Of a DNA stretch of 54,085 nt, positions 22,583-29,154 are shown piece by piece (the stretch's first letter is position 1; the number at the start of each line of letters is the position of its first letter). The position numbers were made by a program, and so were the translations under genes. A model generated the notes under the pieces. The model did not search any database. It saw only the letters and a list, made by a program, of their open reading frames with translations, and was not told the origin of the DNA. Location: positions 1-54,085 of IMG/VR virus record IMGVR_UViG_3300039037_000056, one strand, 5' to 3'. Origin of the DNA: a virus. Lineage: Duplodnaviria; Caudoviricetes.

Positions 22583-22984
22583 TTACCTTGTTGCCTCTAG
22601 CAAAAATGAAAATTCTTGAGTAGGAAAGTCCTGACCAACAATATCATAAAAGATAGTAATATTGAATGTGTTATTATCTGGTTGAGGATTTACATCAACT
22701 TGCACATTTGCAACTCTAGGTTCAAAATTATCAATTGTGGTGATGATTTGCTCTTCAATTACACCCGCAGTGGCAAAATCAACAAAATCAAAAAGACTTG
22801 CCCGTACATCAGACCCTAAAATTGGTTGAAAAAACCTTTCTGTAGGGATCGTCTGCACTAAATTTTGAACTGAACGTGTGATTGCTCTTGCGTTCTTCAA
22901 AATTGGCAAGTCTTTTGTCACAGGATGTGGGTCAAAAGACAGACTTATGTCTCTAAATGCTCTTGATTCCCGTGAAATTGCCAT
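22583..22984 (-). CDS. gp25: Baseplate wedge subunit gp25
   Basis: FRDISLSF..HPVTKDL, ERFFQPILGS and FEPRV motifs. Adjacent to gp6. Confidence 0.92.
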   Translation of the reverse strand: MAISRESRAFRDISLSFDPHPVTKDLPILKNARAITRSVQNLVQTIPTERFFQPILGSDVRASLFDFVDFATAGVIEEQIITTIDNFEPRVANVQVDVNPQPDNNTFNITIFYDIVGQDFPTQEFSFLLEATR

Positions 22985-23196
22985 TGGTCAGTAGTTTTCT
23001 TGACTTTATTTATGGCAGCAGGGTCACCATAAACTTCTTGGATCAATCTTTCCTCTGGATCTTCGGTTTTATGTGGCTTGGACCAGTATTCGTGCATGTA
23101 ATTATTAGGCATTGACCAGTAATCCGTAATTAAGTTTGTTGTTCCCCACATTTTATACATGTGGTTTTTGTCCCTATCAACGGGTGAATTGCCCAT
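22945..23196 (-). CDS. Hypothetical protein, 83 aa
   Basis: ORF track. ATAAATA at 23222-23228 upstream; abuts the upstream gene. Confidence 0.55.
   Translation of the reverse strand: MGNSPVDRDKNHMYKMWGTTNLITDYWSMPNNYMHEYWSKPHKTEDPEERLIQEVYGDPAAINKVKKTTDQWQFHGNQEHLET
23007..23013 (-). promoter_or_regulatory. Late promoter (ATAAATA) for gp25-gp6
   Basis: Consensus about 23 nt upstream of the gp25 ATG. Confidence 0.7.
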
Positions 23197-23877
23197 TTAG
23201 TCCTCTTTGGGTGATTCAGTGTATTTATTTTCGCGTTCGTCTGCCGTTTTCCAGAAGTATTCATCTTCACGACCCATACCGAGACGCTTGTAACCATTTT
23301 CAACTTGATAATACTGTGTAGAAACCTTAAAATCAGGCATTTTGGGTTCTACAGGAGTCAGACTATTATCAAAGATACGTAATCTATTGTTTGGATAGAG
23401 TGCATACTGTCCGTTTTCAAGTTCAATTAGGTTATGAGACTTGTGTTCGGCAGGATTTTCACTCGTCGCCCAGTCAACATAGTCTGGATCATGATGATAG
23501 TTGTCAATCGTACAGACATAAGTTCCCTTCACAATACCATGATCGCGAGTGTAGCACTCATAATCCATTGAACCAATGAACTTCTTATCTACACTAACGA
23601 CACCATAGTCCATACAGTTCCAAAACTGTAGGTTGGGGAGGTCCATATCAGGCGTAGGAGTTTCTGGATCCGAGACAAACGCACTAATCGGCAACTTATC
23701 ATACATTGCCGCATATTCTGGTAAGTAAGTTTCAAAATAAAAAGCGCGTCCAGGTATGGATTTAACCGATACCCAAACGCCCTTTACAAACTCACCGTGT
23801 CCAGATTGATGATCCGTCAGATATTCTTTACGGACCCATACTTCCTGAGAAGGAAGATTAGCAATCAAGCAAGCCAT
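23197..23877 (-). CDS. Conserved cyanophage hypothetical protein, 226 aa
   Basis: MACLIANLP..VWVRKEYL, ENPAEHKSHNLIELENGQYALYPNNR. Long ORF in operon orientation. Confidence 0.8.
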   Translation of the reverse strand: MACLIANLPSQEVWVRKEYLTDHQSGHGEFVKGVWVSVKSIPGRAFYFETYLPEYAAMYDKLPISAFVSDPETPTPDMDLPNLQFWNCMDYGVVSVDKKFIGSMDYECYTRDHGIVKGTYVCTIDNYHHDPDYVDWATSENPAEHKSHNLIELENGQYALYPNNRLRIFDNSLTPVEPKMPDFKVSTQYYQVENGYKRLGMGREDEYFWKTADERENKYTESPKED

Positions 23878-23904
23878 GTAGTCTTTACAAATCTAAACTA
23901 TGTA

Positions 23905-24054
23905 TTATCGTCCTTGACCGCGATATGCTTTCTTCTTGTTATTACGAGAAGTAGCGGCGTACTTCGTGTTTTTTCCCGATCCTTGACGAGACTTCTTCGG
24001 TTTTCCGGGCATAAACCCGTCTTTGACGACACCGACTTTAGAACGCATTGCCAT
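23905..24054 (-). CDS. Small very basic protein, 49 aa (MAMRSKVGVVKDGFMPGKPKKSRQGSGKNTKYAATSRNNKKKAYRGQGR)
   Basis: Read manually (below the ORF-track cutoff). ATG overlaps the upstream stop. K/R-rich. Confidence 0.7.
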   Translation of the reverse strand: MAMRSKVGVVKDGFMPGKPKKSRQGSGKNTKYAATSRNNKKKAYRGQGR

Positions 24055-24218
24055 TAAGAATAATCTCCAAATACTTTAGTTTCAATGTCCGAGGGACGCG
24101 GACGACCTGTCTGATAGTATTCTACCGCCAGGTCATCCATAATATCAAAATACTCTTCCTCTGTCAAGTTCTTGAACTTAGTCTCTCCCTTAATGAGGAT
24201 TGTGTACCTGTCAGCCAT
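24054..24218 (-). CDS. Hypothetical protein, 54 aa (MADRYTILIKGETKFKNLTEEEYFDIMDDLAVEYY...)
   Basis: Read manually. Fills the gap between flanking genes with tight coupling. Confidence 0.65.
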   Translation of the reverse strand: MADRYTILIKGETKFKNLTEEEYFDIMDDLAVEYYQTGRPRPSDIETKVFGDYS

Positions 24219-24220
24219 AA

Positions 24221-24985
24221 TCAGATAATACGAGACTTCTCGTGACCGACTCTGATGTTAGGATCACACCAAATCTCATATCCTGCTTCGATAGCATCTA
24301 GACAGAATGACACATCTTCTCCACACATATCTTGAACTTCACCACTCTCAAAGACTTGCATCTTCGGAGCGAACCATGGATATTTGATCTTTTCGTCTTC
24401 GAAAACACCATGTTTGATGAGCAACCATCCGAAACCTGCATAATCAACGGTGAATGGTTTCTTACGCTTACTGATGGTCTCCAAGGTTTCGTGATTCATT
24501 ACTCCACCATTACTACGGAAATCATCTTCATCCATCCAGTGTGCTACAGAGGTTGTCTGTCCGTCTTCAGTGCAATACCAACCAGATGCAATGTCCTTAT
24601 CCATCAGAACCAACTGAAGGAACTTCTCTGTGTTGAAGACAATATCACTGTCAATCCACAGTTGCCAGTCATACTTCAGTTTTCCATCCCAGGGAATCTG
24701 ATCGGGTCCACGCAGTACGTTTGCTCCAAGACACTTACAACGTGCAAAGTTCACCATGGAACTGTAGTCTTGAGAGATCTGAATACTACCTCCCATTTGT
24801 ACGATGTCAAAACAAAGTTGTACGAAGTTCTTCAGATATGTGTATGATACTCCTCGTCCAGGAAGACAGAATACTACTGACTTGCCTCGTACCATCTCCT
24901 TTGCTTTGTCGTAATCATACTGAGGAGCAGGTCCTTTCTCACCCTTAGCGGGCGATTTTGCTTTTACTGTAAATCCTTTTGCCAT
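24221..24985 (-). CDS. Conserved cyanophage glycosyltransferase-like (GT-A fold) protein
   Basis: LWIDSD (DxD), GFGWLLIK, GEDVSFC and IWCDPNIRVGH motifs. Start taken at MAKGFTVKAK. Confidence 0.7.
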   Translation of the reverse strand: MAKGFTVKAKSPAKGEKGPAPQYDYDKAKEMVRGKSVVFCLPGRGVSYTYLKNFVQLCFDIVQMGGSIQISQDYSSMVNFARCKCLGANVLRGPDQIPWDGKLKYDWQLWIDSDIVFNTEKFLQLVLMDKDIASGWYCTEDGQTTSVAHWMDEDDFRSNGGVMNHETLETISKRKKPFTVDYAGFGWLLIKHGVFEDEKIKYPWFAPKMQVFESGEVQDMCGEDVSFCLDAIEAGYEIWCDPNIRVGHEKSRII

Positions 24986-25054
24986 AATTTGGTCAACTTG
25001 AAATGTGAATGCATTCAAAGGTAATTATACTATGAGAACCAGTGAATGTCTAGG

Positions 25055-25243
25055 TCAAAGTTCGGTTACTACGATAGCGTCTCCATCAACCTCCATGTTT
25101 ATCTCTGTGCCCTCATACCACCCAAACTCAGATATAATCCACTCAGGAACCTTGATGACATACTCCCCAGTTACTGTATCGACTTCTACAGACGAAAAAT
25201 TTTCTCCGCGATTTTTTTTCATACAAGGTATTTCAGTTTTCAT
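25055..25243 (-). CDS. AbrB/MazE-like swapped-hairpin DNA-binding protein (start may be 25222)
   Basis: GEYVIKVPEWIISEFGWYEGTEINMEVDGDAIVV matches the AbrB pattern. Confidence 0.65.
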   Translation of the reverse strand: MKTEIPCMKKNRGENFSSVEVDTVTGEYVIKVPEWIISEFGWYEGTEINMEVDGDAIVVTEL

Positions 25244-25361
25244 TTTTGTTTTATATAGAAAAACTTTGAGTTATATAAAGACCTCGCGAAAGCAAGACTT
25301 TATAGCTTAGAGGGACCCATGCCTTTTTAAACCGCCGGGGGGCGGCGGCGCGGCGGGGCAC

Positions 25362-25385
25362 TGTGCCACCGCCACGACTGGCACA
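25362..25385. repeat. Early-promoter-type palindrome TGTGCCA-N10-TGGCACA
   Basis: Perfect 7-bp inverted repeat of the same family as the copies further right. Confidence 0.7.
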
Positions 25386-25390
25386 AGGGG

Positions 25391-25693
25391 TCAGCGACCC
25401 CAGAGGAACCGTGCTACCCGCTCCCGCTTACGCAGTGGCATCAGGCGGGTGTATTCCACCCAACGGGGACCAAGTTCGTGGCGCTTGATCAGACCCTTGC
25501 TTGCCATTGCCTTCAGGTACTTGGAAAGACCGGTGCGGGCGTCGTTAGGCATGCCCAGGGCGGCGTTGATATCAGTCGGACGGAGACCGTCTTGCGTGAT
25601 GCCATCGTCGCCGTTGTCCATAGGAAGGACAGACAGGATTGCCCAGGTGTAGGTAGCGCCGAAGGACTTGCGATTGGTGATGGAGGTGAACAT
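25391..25693 (-). CDS. Winged helix-turn-helix protein, 100 aa
   Basis: LRPTDINAALGM..RTGLSKYLKAMASKGLIKR..WVEY wHTH pattern. Start reassigned to the ATG after the promoter cassette. Confidence 0.7.
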   Translation of the reverse strand: MFTSITNRKSFGATYTWAILSVLPMDNGDDGITQDGLRPTDINAALGMPNDARTGLSKYLKAMASKGLIKRHELGPRWVEYTRLMPLRKRERVARFLWGR

Positions 25694-25696
25694 GGT

Positions 25697-25765
25697 GGGT
25701 TCGTTTGAACTGATCAAATAATAACATGGAAGGGACCGCTGTGCGATCCCTTTAGAATCTTTTCA
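25697..25765 (-). promoter_or_regulatory. Stem-loop early promoter cassette, copy 1
   Basis: TGA-AAAGATTCTAAAGGG, hairpin AGGGATCGC/GCGGTCCCT, TGT-TATTAT, leader CAGTTCAAAC. Confidence 0.75.
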
Positions 25766-26041
25766 GATTCCATCATGCCAAGGTGTCCCGAACGATCCCA
25801 TCATCTGATCATCAGTCGGTTCCCATGTCTGCGACTCCTCTTCCCATACCTGCTCAATCTCCCCGTATTGTTCTTCGGGTACGGTGCGACCGGTGATCTG
25901 CTCATGCCAGTCGCAAGCGTCCTCCCATGAGCATCCGGCGTGCTCCTGGACATATTCACGGAGCGCGGGCAGGTCCAGGGGTTCGATCCGGTTGATCCGG
26001 GTTTCGTAGGAATCCAGGGAAGAGGTGTGAAAGTCGGTCAT
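25763..26041 (-). CDS. Early hypothetical protein, acidic, 92 aa
   Basis: ORF bracketed by promoter cassettes. Start MTDFHTSS. Confidence 0.7.
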   Translation of the reverse strand: MTDFHTSSLDSYETRINRIEPLDLPALREYVQEHAGCSWEDACDWHEQITGRTVPEEQYGEIEQVWEEESQTWEPTDDQMMGSFGTPWHDGI

Positions 26042-26049
26042 GTTCGGTG

Positions 26050-26115
26050 GGTGTGAACTGAACAAATAATACCACGGATCCGGCGGATGCAACCGCCGAA
26101 CCCTTAAAAGAATCA
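26050..26115 (-). promoter_or_regulatory. Stem-loop early promoter cassette, copy 2
   Basis: TGATTCTTTTAAGGG, hairpin GGGTTCGGCGG-TTGCAT-CCGCCGGATCC, TGG-TATTAT, TTGTTCAGTTCA. Confidence 0.8.
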
Positions 26116-26337
26116 GAACTTAGATCCCTGCAGGGATCGTGCCCACACGATGCAGTCGGTGCCGATGATTTCCGGAACCTCAGACCGTGCACTCTCACGA
26201 GCGGCAATTGACCAGGCGGGAGCGCCGCAGGAGGGCGGTGTCTGACTGCTAATGACCATTTCAGCGTCGTGGTCAGGAAGGCGTCCGACCCATACGCGGG
26301 TCCGGTCGTCAATAGATGAGGCGGGAGAGTAGATCAT
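26113..26337 (-). CDS. Early hypothetical protein, 74 aa
   Basis: ORF bracketed by promoter cassettes. Confidence 0.65.
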   Translation of the reverse strand: MIYSPASSIDDRTRVWVGRLPDHDAEMVISSQTPPSCGAPAWSIAARESARSEVPEIIGTDCIVWARSLQGSKF

Positions 26338-26342
26338 CGGTG

Positions 26343-26408
26343 TGGGTTGAAACTACAGAAATCATACCATGGGACGGGGTGGATGCCCACCCCTTAAGGT
26401 TCTTTTCA
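26343..26408 (-). promoter_or_regulatory. Stem-loop early promoter cassette, copy 3
   Basis: TGAAAAGAACCTTAAGGGG, hairpin GGGGTGG/CCACCCC, TGG-TATGAT, TGTAGTTTCAACCCAC. Confidence 0.8.
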
Positions 26409-26579
26409 GATCCACTCCCAACCTTCGGCGGCGAAGTGCCGCCAGTGCTCCCGCGCTTCTTCTGTAGTCAGGACCATATGCTCGCCCGCTTGGTCAAGGA
26501 CCATGACCATACCAGGGCGGCGCTTCATGGGAGTGTAGTCCCAGTTGAAACGACCGTCAGGGGAGACTTGAATGTGCAT
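26406..26579 (-). CDS. Early hypothetical protein, 57 aa (MHIQVSPDG...)
   Basis: ORF between cassettes. Start reassigned. Confidence 0.65.
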   Translation of the reverse strand: MHIQVSPDGRFNWDYTPMKRRPGMVMVLDQAGEHMVLTTEEAREHWRHFAAEGWEWI

Positions 26580-26581
26580 TG

Positions 26582-26643
26582 GTTGGTTGCGACTGACCAA
26601 ATAATACCATAGAAAGGGGCGCAGGTGCGCCCCGTGACCCTTA
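26582..26643 (-). promoter_or_regulatory. Stem-loop early promoter cassette, copy 4
   Basis: TAAGGG, hairpin GGGGCGC/GCGCCCC, TTTCTA-TGG-TATTAT-TTGGTCAGTCGCAACC. Confidence 0.8.
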
Positions 26644-26997
26644 GGCAAATTTGAAGATGTAACCCGTTGTCCAATCATCGGCATTGAACACCTTACCGGT
26701 AACCGGGGATTGTCCGACCAACTTGTGCACATACCATTGAAAATCCTTCTGAAAAATACCCTCTCCAGGGACACCGAATTCCTGGCAGATAGCATTAAGG
26801 CGGGATTTTGTGGTCACTGTCTGATACCCGGAATCGAACAGTTCGGCATCATTTTCATAAACAATGGCGATCAAATTTCCGTGCAAATAAACAGTGGAAG
26901 ACTTGTAGTCTTCGTTGTAGTGAACAGAAGTGTTGCCGGATGCCCAGTTCCGCTTGCCTTTGATGGCGGAGAGCATTTCTGATTCGATCTTGCGCAT
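26641..26997 (-). CDS. Conserved phage hypothetical protein, 118 aa (MRKIESEM...TTKSRLNA)
   Basis: GNTSV, VYLHGNLIA and TTKSRLNAI motifs. ORF between cassettes. Confidence 0.75.
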   Translation of the reverse strand: MRKIESEMLSAIKGKRNWASGNTSVHYNEDYKSSTVYLHGNLIAIVYENDAELFDSGYQTVTTKSRLNAICQEFGVPGEGIFQKDFQWYVHKLVGQSPVTGKVFNADDWTTGYIFKFA

Positions 26998-27003
26998 GGT
27001 GGT

Positions 27004-27065
27004 GTGGGTTGCGACTGAACAAATAATACCATAGAAAGGGGCGGATGCCGCCCCGTTAACATTCA
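27004..27065 (-). promoter_or_regulatory. Stem-loop early promoter cassette, copy 5
   Basis: Hairpin GGGGCGG/CCGCCCC, TTTCTA-TGG-TATTAT-TTGTTCAGTCGCAACC; nearly identical to copy 4. Confidence 0.8.
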
Positions 27066-27245
27066 GTAACAAACCTCCATCCATGTCTGCTCATTGCACT
27101 CGATCACCATTGCCTTGCCGCCGCGCTCAATTGACCAGTCACACGCCACGTCAAGAGCGTGATGCTCGCTGGTGAAGTATTCCCGCTCATCCCGCTCACC
27201 CTTAGGGTGAACAGACCAGGATGTGAAACGATGAGTGGTGGTCAT
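27063..27245 (-). CDS. Early hypothetical protein, 60 aa
   Basis: ORF between cassettes. Confidence 0.65.
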   Translation of the reverse strand: MTTTHRFTSWSVHPKGERDEREYFTSEHHALDVACDWSIERGGKAMVIECNEQTWMEVCY

Positions 27246-27249
27246 GGTG

Positions 27250-27318
27250 CCGGGTTGAAACTACAGAAATAATAGCACGGATCCGGCGGTGTCATCCACC
27301 GGATCCTTAAAAGAATCA
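27250..27318 (-). promoter_or_regulatory. Stem-loop early promoter cassette, copy 6
   Basis: TGATTCTTTTAAGG, hairpin GGATCCGGTGG-ATGACA-CCGCCGGATCC, TGC-TATTAT, TGTAGTTTCAACCC. Confidence 0.8.
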
Positions 27319-27567
27319 GCAAGCGCAGACCATGGCAGAATTGAACAATTGTGGGATCATAGATTCGTCGGTTACTTGATAACCATAACCATGGGTGCGA
27401 GAATCGAATTCATATTGAAAATCGTTTTTGTTGATGTAACTTTTGGATTGTGTTTTACCTTGGAAAGTTACAACTTTGAGCATGAGTCGATTGTGAATCT
27501 TACCCGAAGCAAATTTCACGGGATAGAAATCAACGACCATGTTTCCGTCTTTTGAGGTGAGTTGCAT
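27316..27567 (-). CDS. Early hypothetical protein, 83 aa (MQLTSKDGNMVVDFYP...)
   Basis: ORF with CAGTTCAAACCCACC leader. Start reassigned. Confidence 0.7.
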   Translation of the reverse strand: MQLTSKDGNMVVDFYPVKFASGKIHNRLMLKVVTFQGKTQSKSYINKNDFQYEFDSRTHGYGYQVTDESMIPQLFNSAMVCAC

Positions 27568-27626
27568 TGATCGGTGGGTTTGAACTGAATCCATAATGCA
27601 CCAGATCCGGGCACTGTGCCGCCAGA

Positions 27627-27650
27627 GTGGACACCTCAGAAACTGGCACA
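27627..27650. promoter_or_regulatory. Palindromic early-promoter motif GTGGACAC..AAACTGGCACA
   Basis: Family match. A -10-like hexamer lies about 28-29 nt away on each side. Confidence 0.6.
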
Positions 27651-27774
27651 ACAAATCCCCATAGCATCCGGATCCCTGGTATCTTATAGGAAATCAAACG
27701 AGGCGAGGGGTATCGCTGCTGACGACAATACATCGACACTGATCCTGCCACAAAATAATATCAACGATTCGGCG

Positions 27775-27798
27775 TGTGCCAGTTGCCAAACTGTCTAC
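27775..27798. promoter_or_regulatory. Palindromic early-promoter motif TGTGCCAGTT..AACTGTCTAC
   Basis: Family match in a gene-free region. Confidence 0.6.
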
Positions 27799-27868
27799 TA
27801 CTGCCCCCATTATCTCCCCCCAGTGTGTTAGGATGGAGCTAGACGTTAGTGCCACCCTGTGTGCCACA

Positions 27869-27899
27869 TAAAAAAGCGGTCCCGCACCACCAGGACCGC
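27869..27899 (-). terminator. Intrinsic terminator GCGGTCC-N-GGACCGC-TTTTTT
   Basis: GC stem followed by a U-tract on the minus strand. Confidence 0.8.
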
Positions 27900-27990
27900 C
27901 AGAAAACCCAACCAATATGCTAGAATTATGTGTTTCGTTACTCGCCGGGTGACTTTACGTTTCGTGAGAGGCGAACCCTTTCCTCTCTAG
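27869..27990 (-). ncRNA. Candidate ~120-nt small RNA
   Basis: Promoter TAGACA-17-TATAAT upstream, 5' hairpin GAGAGG/CCTCTC and an intrinsic terminator. No credible ORF. Confidence 0.55.
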
Positions 27991-28076
27991 TTATTATAGC
28001 ATCTAGTAATGCGTGTGTCTAGTTGTGTGTATCTAGTTGTAATATGCGCGATCTAGTTGACCGCGCACAATCTAGT
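27986..28076. repeat. Six dispersed TCTAGT hexamers
   Basis: Copies start at 27986, 28002, 28018, 28032, 28052 and 28071. Confidence 0.8.
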
Positions 28077-28081
28077 CGAGA

Positions 28082-28303
28082 TCAGGCAGAGACTTTCTGA
28101 AGGGTCTCGTTCTTGATAGACTTGTTCACAAAGCGACCAACAGACTGCTCAGGTGCCATGGCGGCAGTCAGGGCAGTGGTGAAGGCAGTCACGTCGTTGA
28201 CGGTGTAGTCATAGGAGCGACCACCAGTGAAGGTCACGGTCACGGTTTGATCCTCGATGCTGATGTTCTCAACGGCGGAGGAGTTGGAGATAGCGAATTG
28301 CAT
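28082..28303 (-). CDS. KTSC-domain-like protein, 73 aa
   Basis: SSAVENISI..TVTVTFTGGRSYDY..SVGRFVNKSIK resembles the KTSC pattern. Confidence 0.6.
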   Translation of the reverse strand: MQFAISNSSAVENISIEDQTVTVTFTGGRSYDYTVNDVTAFTTALTAAMAPEQSVGRFVNKSIKNETLQKVSA

Positions 28304-28368
28304 GATAAAAAAGCGATTGAATGTTGATGTGTTTTGAGCGGGATGCATCACCCCCGCTTGTTGTTCTT

Positions 28369-28414
28369 AGTATAGGATGGGGTTGATGCTGTGTCAACCC
28401 CCTTGTGCCAGTTC
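28369..28414 (-). promoter_or_regulatory. Sigma70-like early promoter TTGACA-17-TATACT with upstream AACTGGCACA half-site
   Basis: TTGACA at 28392-28397 and TATACT at 28369-28374. Confidence 0.85.
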
Positions 28415-28652
28415 AGAGATCGTCCATCATCTCTGTGACTTCACCCGCGTCGATTGCAGGATCATTCCACTTTACACCATCAGGCGTTTCAGTGCTGCCG
28501 CAAGCATAGAGGAATTCTACCAGATCCTGGTACATTTTGCCAAACTTAGCAAGACGTTTCGCCTCATTGTAGAGACCTTCGTCGTTGCCGATCCAGAGGG
28601 AGACATTCCACGTTTCGTAGTTTGCCCATCCTTGGTAAGTGGTGTCGGTCAT
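28413..28652 (-). CDS. Conserved phage hypothetical protein, 79 aa (GWANYETWNVSLWIGND motif)
   Basis: Distinctive YQGWANYETWNV motif. CAGTTCAAAC leader precedes the ATG. Confidence 0.75.
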   Translation of the reverse strand: MTDTTYQGWANYETWNVSLWIGNDEGLYNEAKRLAKFGKMYQDLVEFLYACGSTETPDGVKWNDPAIDAGEVTEMMDDL

Positions 28653-28686
28653 TGGTTTGTTTGAACTGAAGTTACTATAGGGCAGA

Positions 28687-28884
28687 TCAACCGAAGAACC
28701 ATGGGCGTTGGTCCAGTTCGTGAACTGGTCCCAGTTCGTCCACAGTGTGAACCTCGGTATCAGACCACAGGGATGCAGCAGTGAACAGTTGCACTGCTTC
28801 AAACCTGCTGTAGCAGTCCCAGGTTGCCGTGTGGGGTTTGCCGTCGCTGGTGGCGTGGATGACGTAGCGGTTGATGGTTTGCAT
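28687..28884 (-). CDS. Early hypothetical protein, 65 aa
   Basis: ATG follows the CAGTTCAAACCCACACCG leader. Confidence 0.6.
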   Translation of the reverse strand: MQTINRYVIHATSDGKPHTATWDCYSRFEAVQLFTAASLWSDTEVHTVDELGPVHELDQRPWFFG

Positions 28885-28904
28885 CGGTGTGGGTTTGAAC
28901 TGAG

Positions 28905-28966
28905 TCAAACATAAGGCAGAAACCCGGTCAGGTCAATACCCAATAGACACTTACCAAACTGGCACA
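28905..28966 (-). promoter_or_regulatory. Early promoter: palindrome TGTGCCAGTT..AAGTGTCTA plus TTGACC-17-TATGTT
   Basis: Read directly on the minus strand. Confidence 0.75.
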
Positions 28967-29124
28967 TCGTTGCCATAATCCCGGACATTTACCTCTACAG
29001 ATTCATCACCCTGTAAGTCCAGGAGATCCGTCCAGTTCAGGTCTTCTAGTGGCAGGTCATCGTAACACATAATATCCAGCGTCACGGTCACAAGACGCTT
29101 CTGTGTGATAGTGTGTGCGGACAT
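28951..29124 (-). CDS. Acidic hypothetical protein, 57 aa (MSAHTITQKRLVTVTLDIMCYDDL...)
   Basis: Read manually. Preceded by TTGCAT-17-TATAAT. Confidence 0.65.
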   Translation of the reverse strand: MSAHTITQKRLVTVTLDIMCYDDLPLEDLNWTDLLDLQGDESVEVNVRDYGNDVPVW

Positions 29125-29154
29125 GGCGGGTGCGTGCGTGGTGTACCTATTATA

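Noticed and set aside
83-22819. Many plus-strand and alternative-frame ORFs of 60-180 aa inside vrlC, gp8, gp7, gp6 and gp25
   Set aside because: Shadow ORFs produced by codon bias of the long minus-strand genes. No motifs or independent expression signals.
205-22984. Introns, inteins or stop-codon recoding in the very long structural genes
   Set aside because: The ORFs are continuous in the standard code, and no intein (C...HN) or homing endonuclease motifs were recognised.
25055-25243. AbrB/MazE-like gene as antitoxin of a toxin-antitoxin pair
   Set aside because: The downstream gene is glycosyltransferase-like rather than a toxin, and the HicA-like domain is ~6 kb away in a different transcription unit.
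25697-27318. Regularly recurring repeats suggesting a CRISPR array
   Set aside because: The repeats are degenerate ~65-nt promoter/hairpin elements, the intervening DNA is 170-360-nt intact ORFs, and there are no cas genes.
25391-27567. Classical integron with attC sites
   Set aside because: No tyrosine integrase in the window and no consistent RYYYAAC/GTTRRRY ends. Each cassette carries its own promoter, so PeSL-like is the better analogy.
27694-27915. 73-aa minus-strand ORF across the palindrome hub
   Set aside because: Non-ATG start, runs through a strong terminator and regulatory palindromes, and has no protein-like features.
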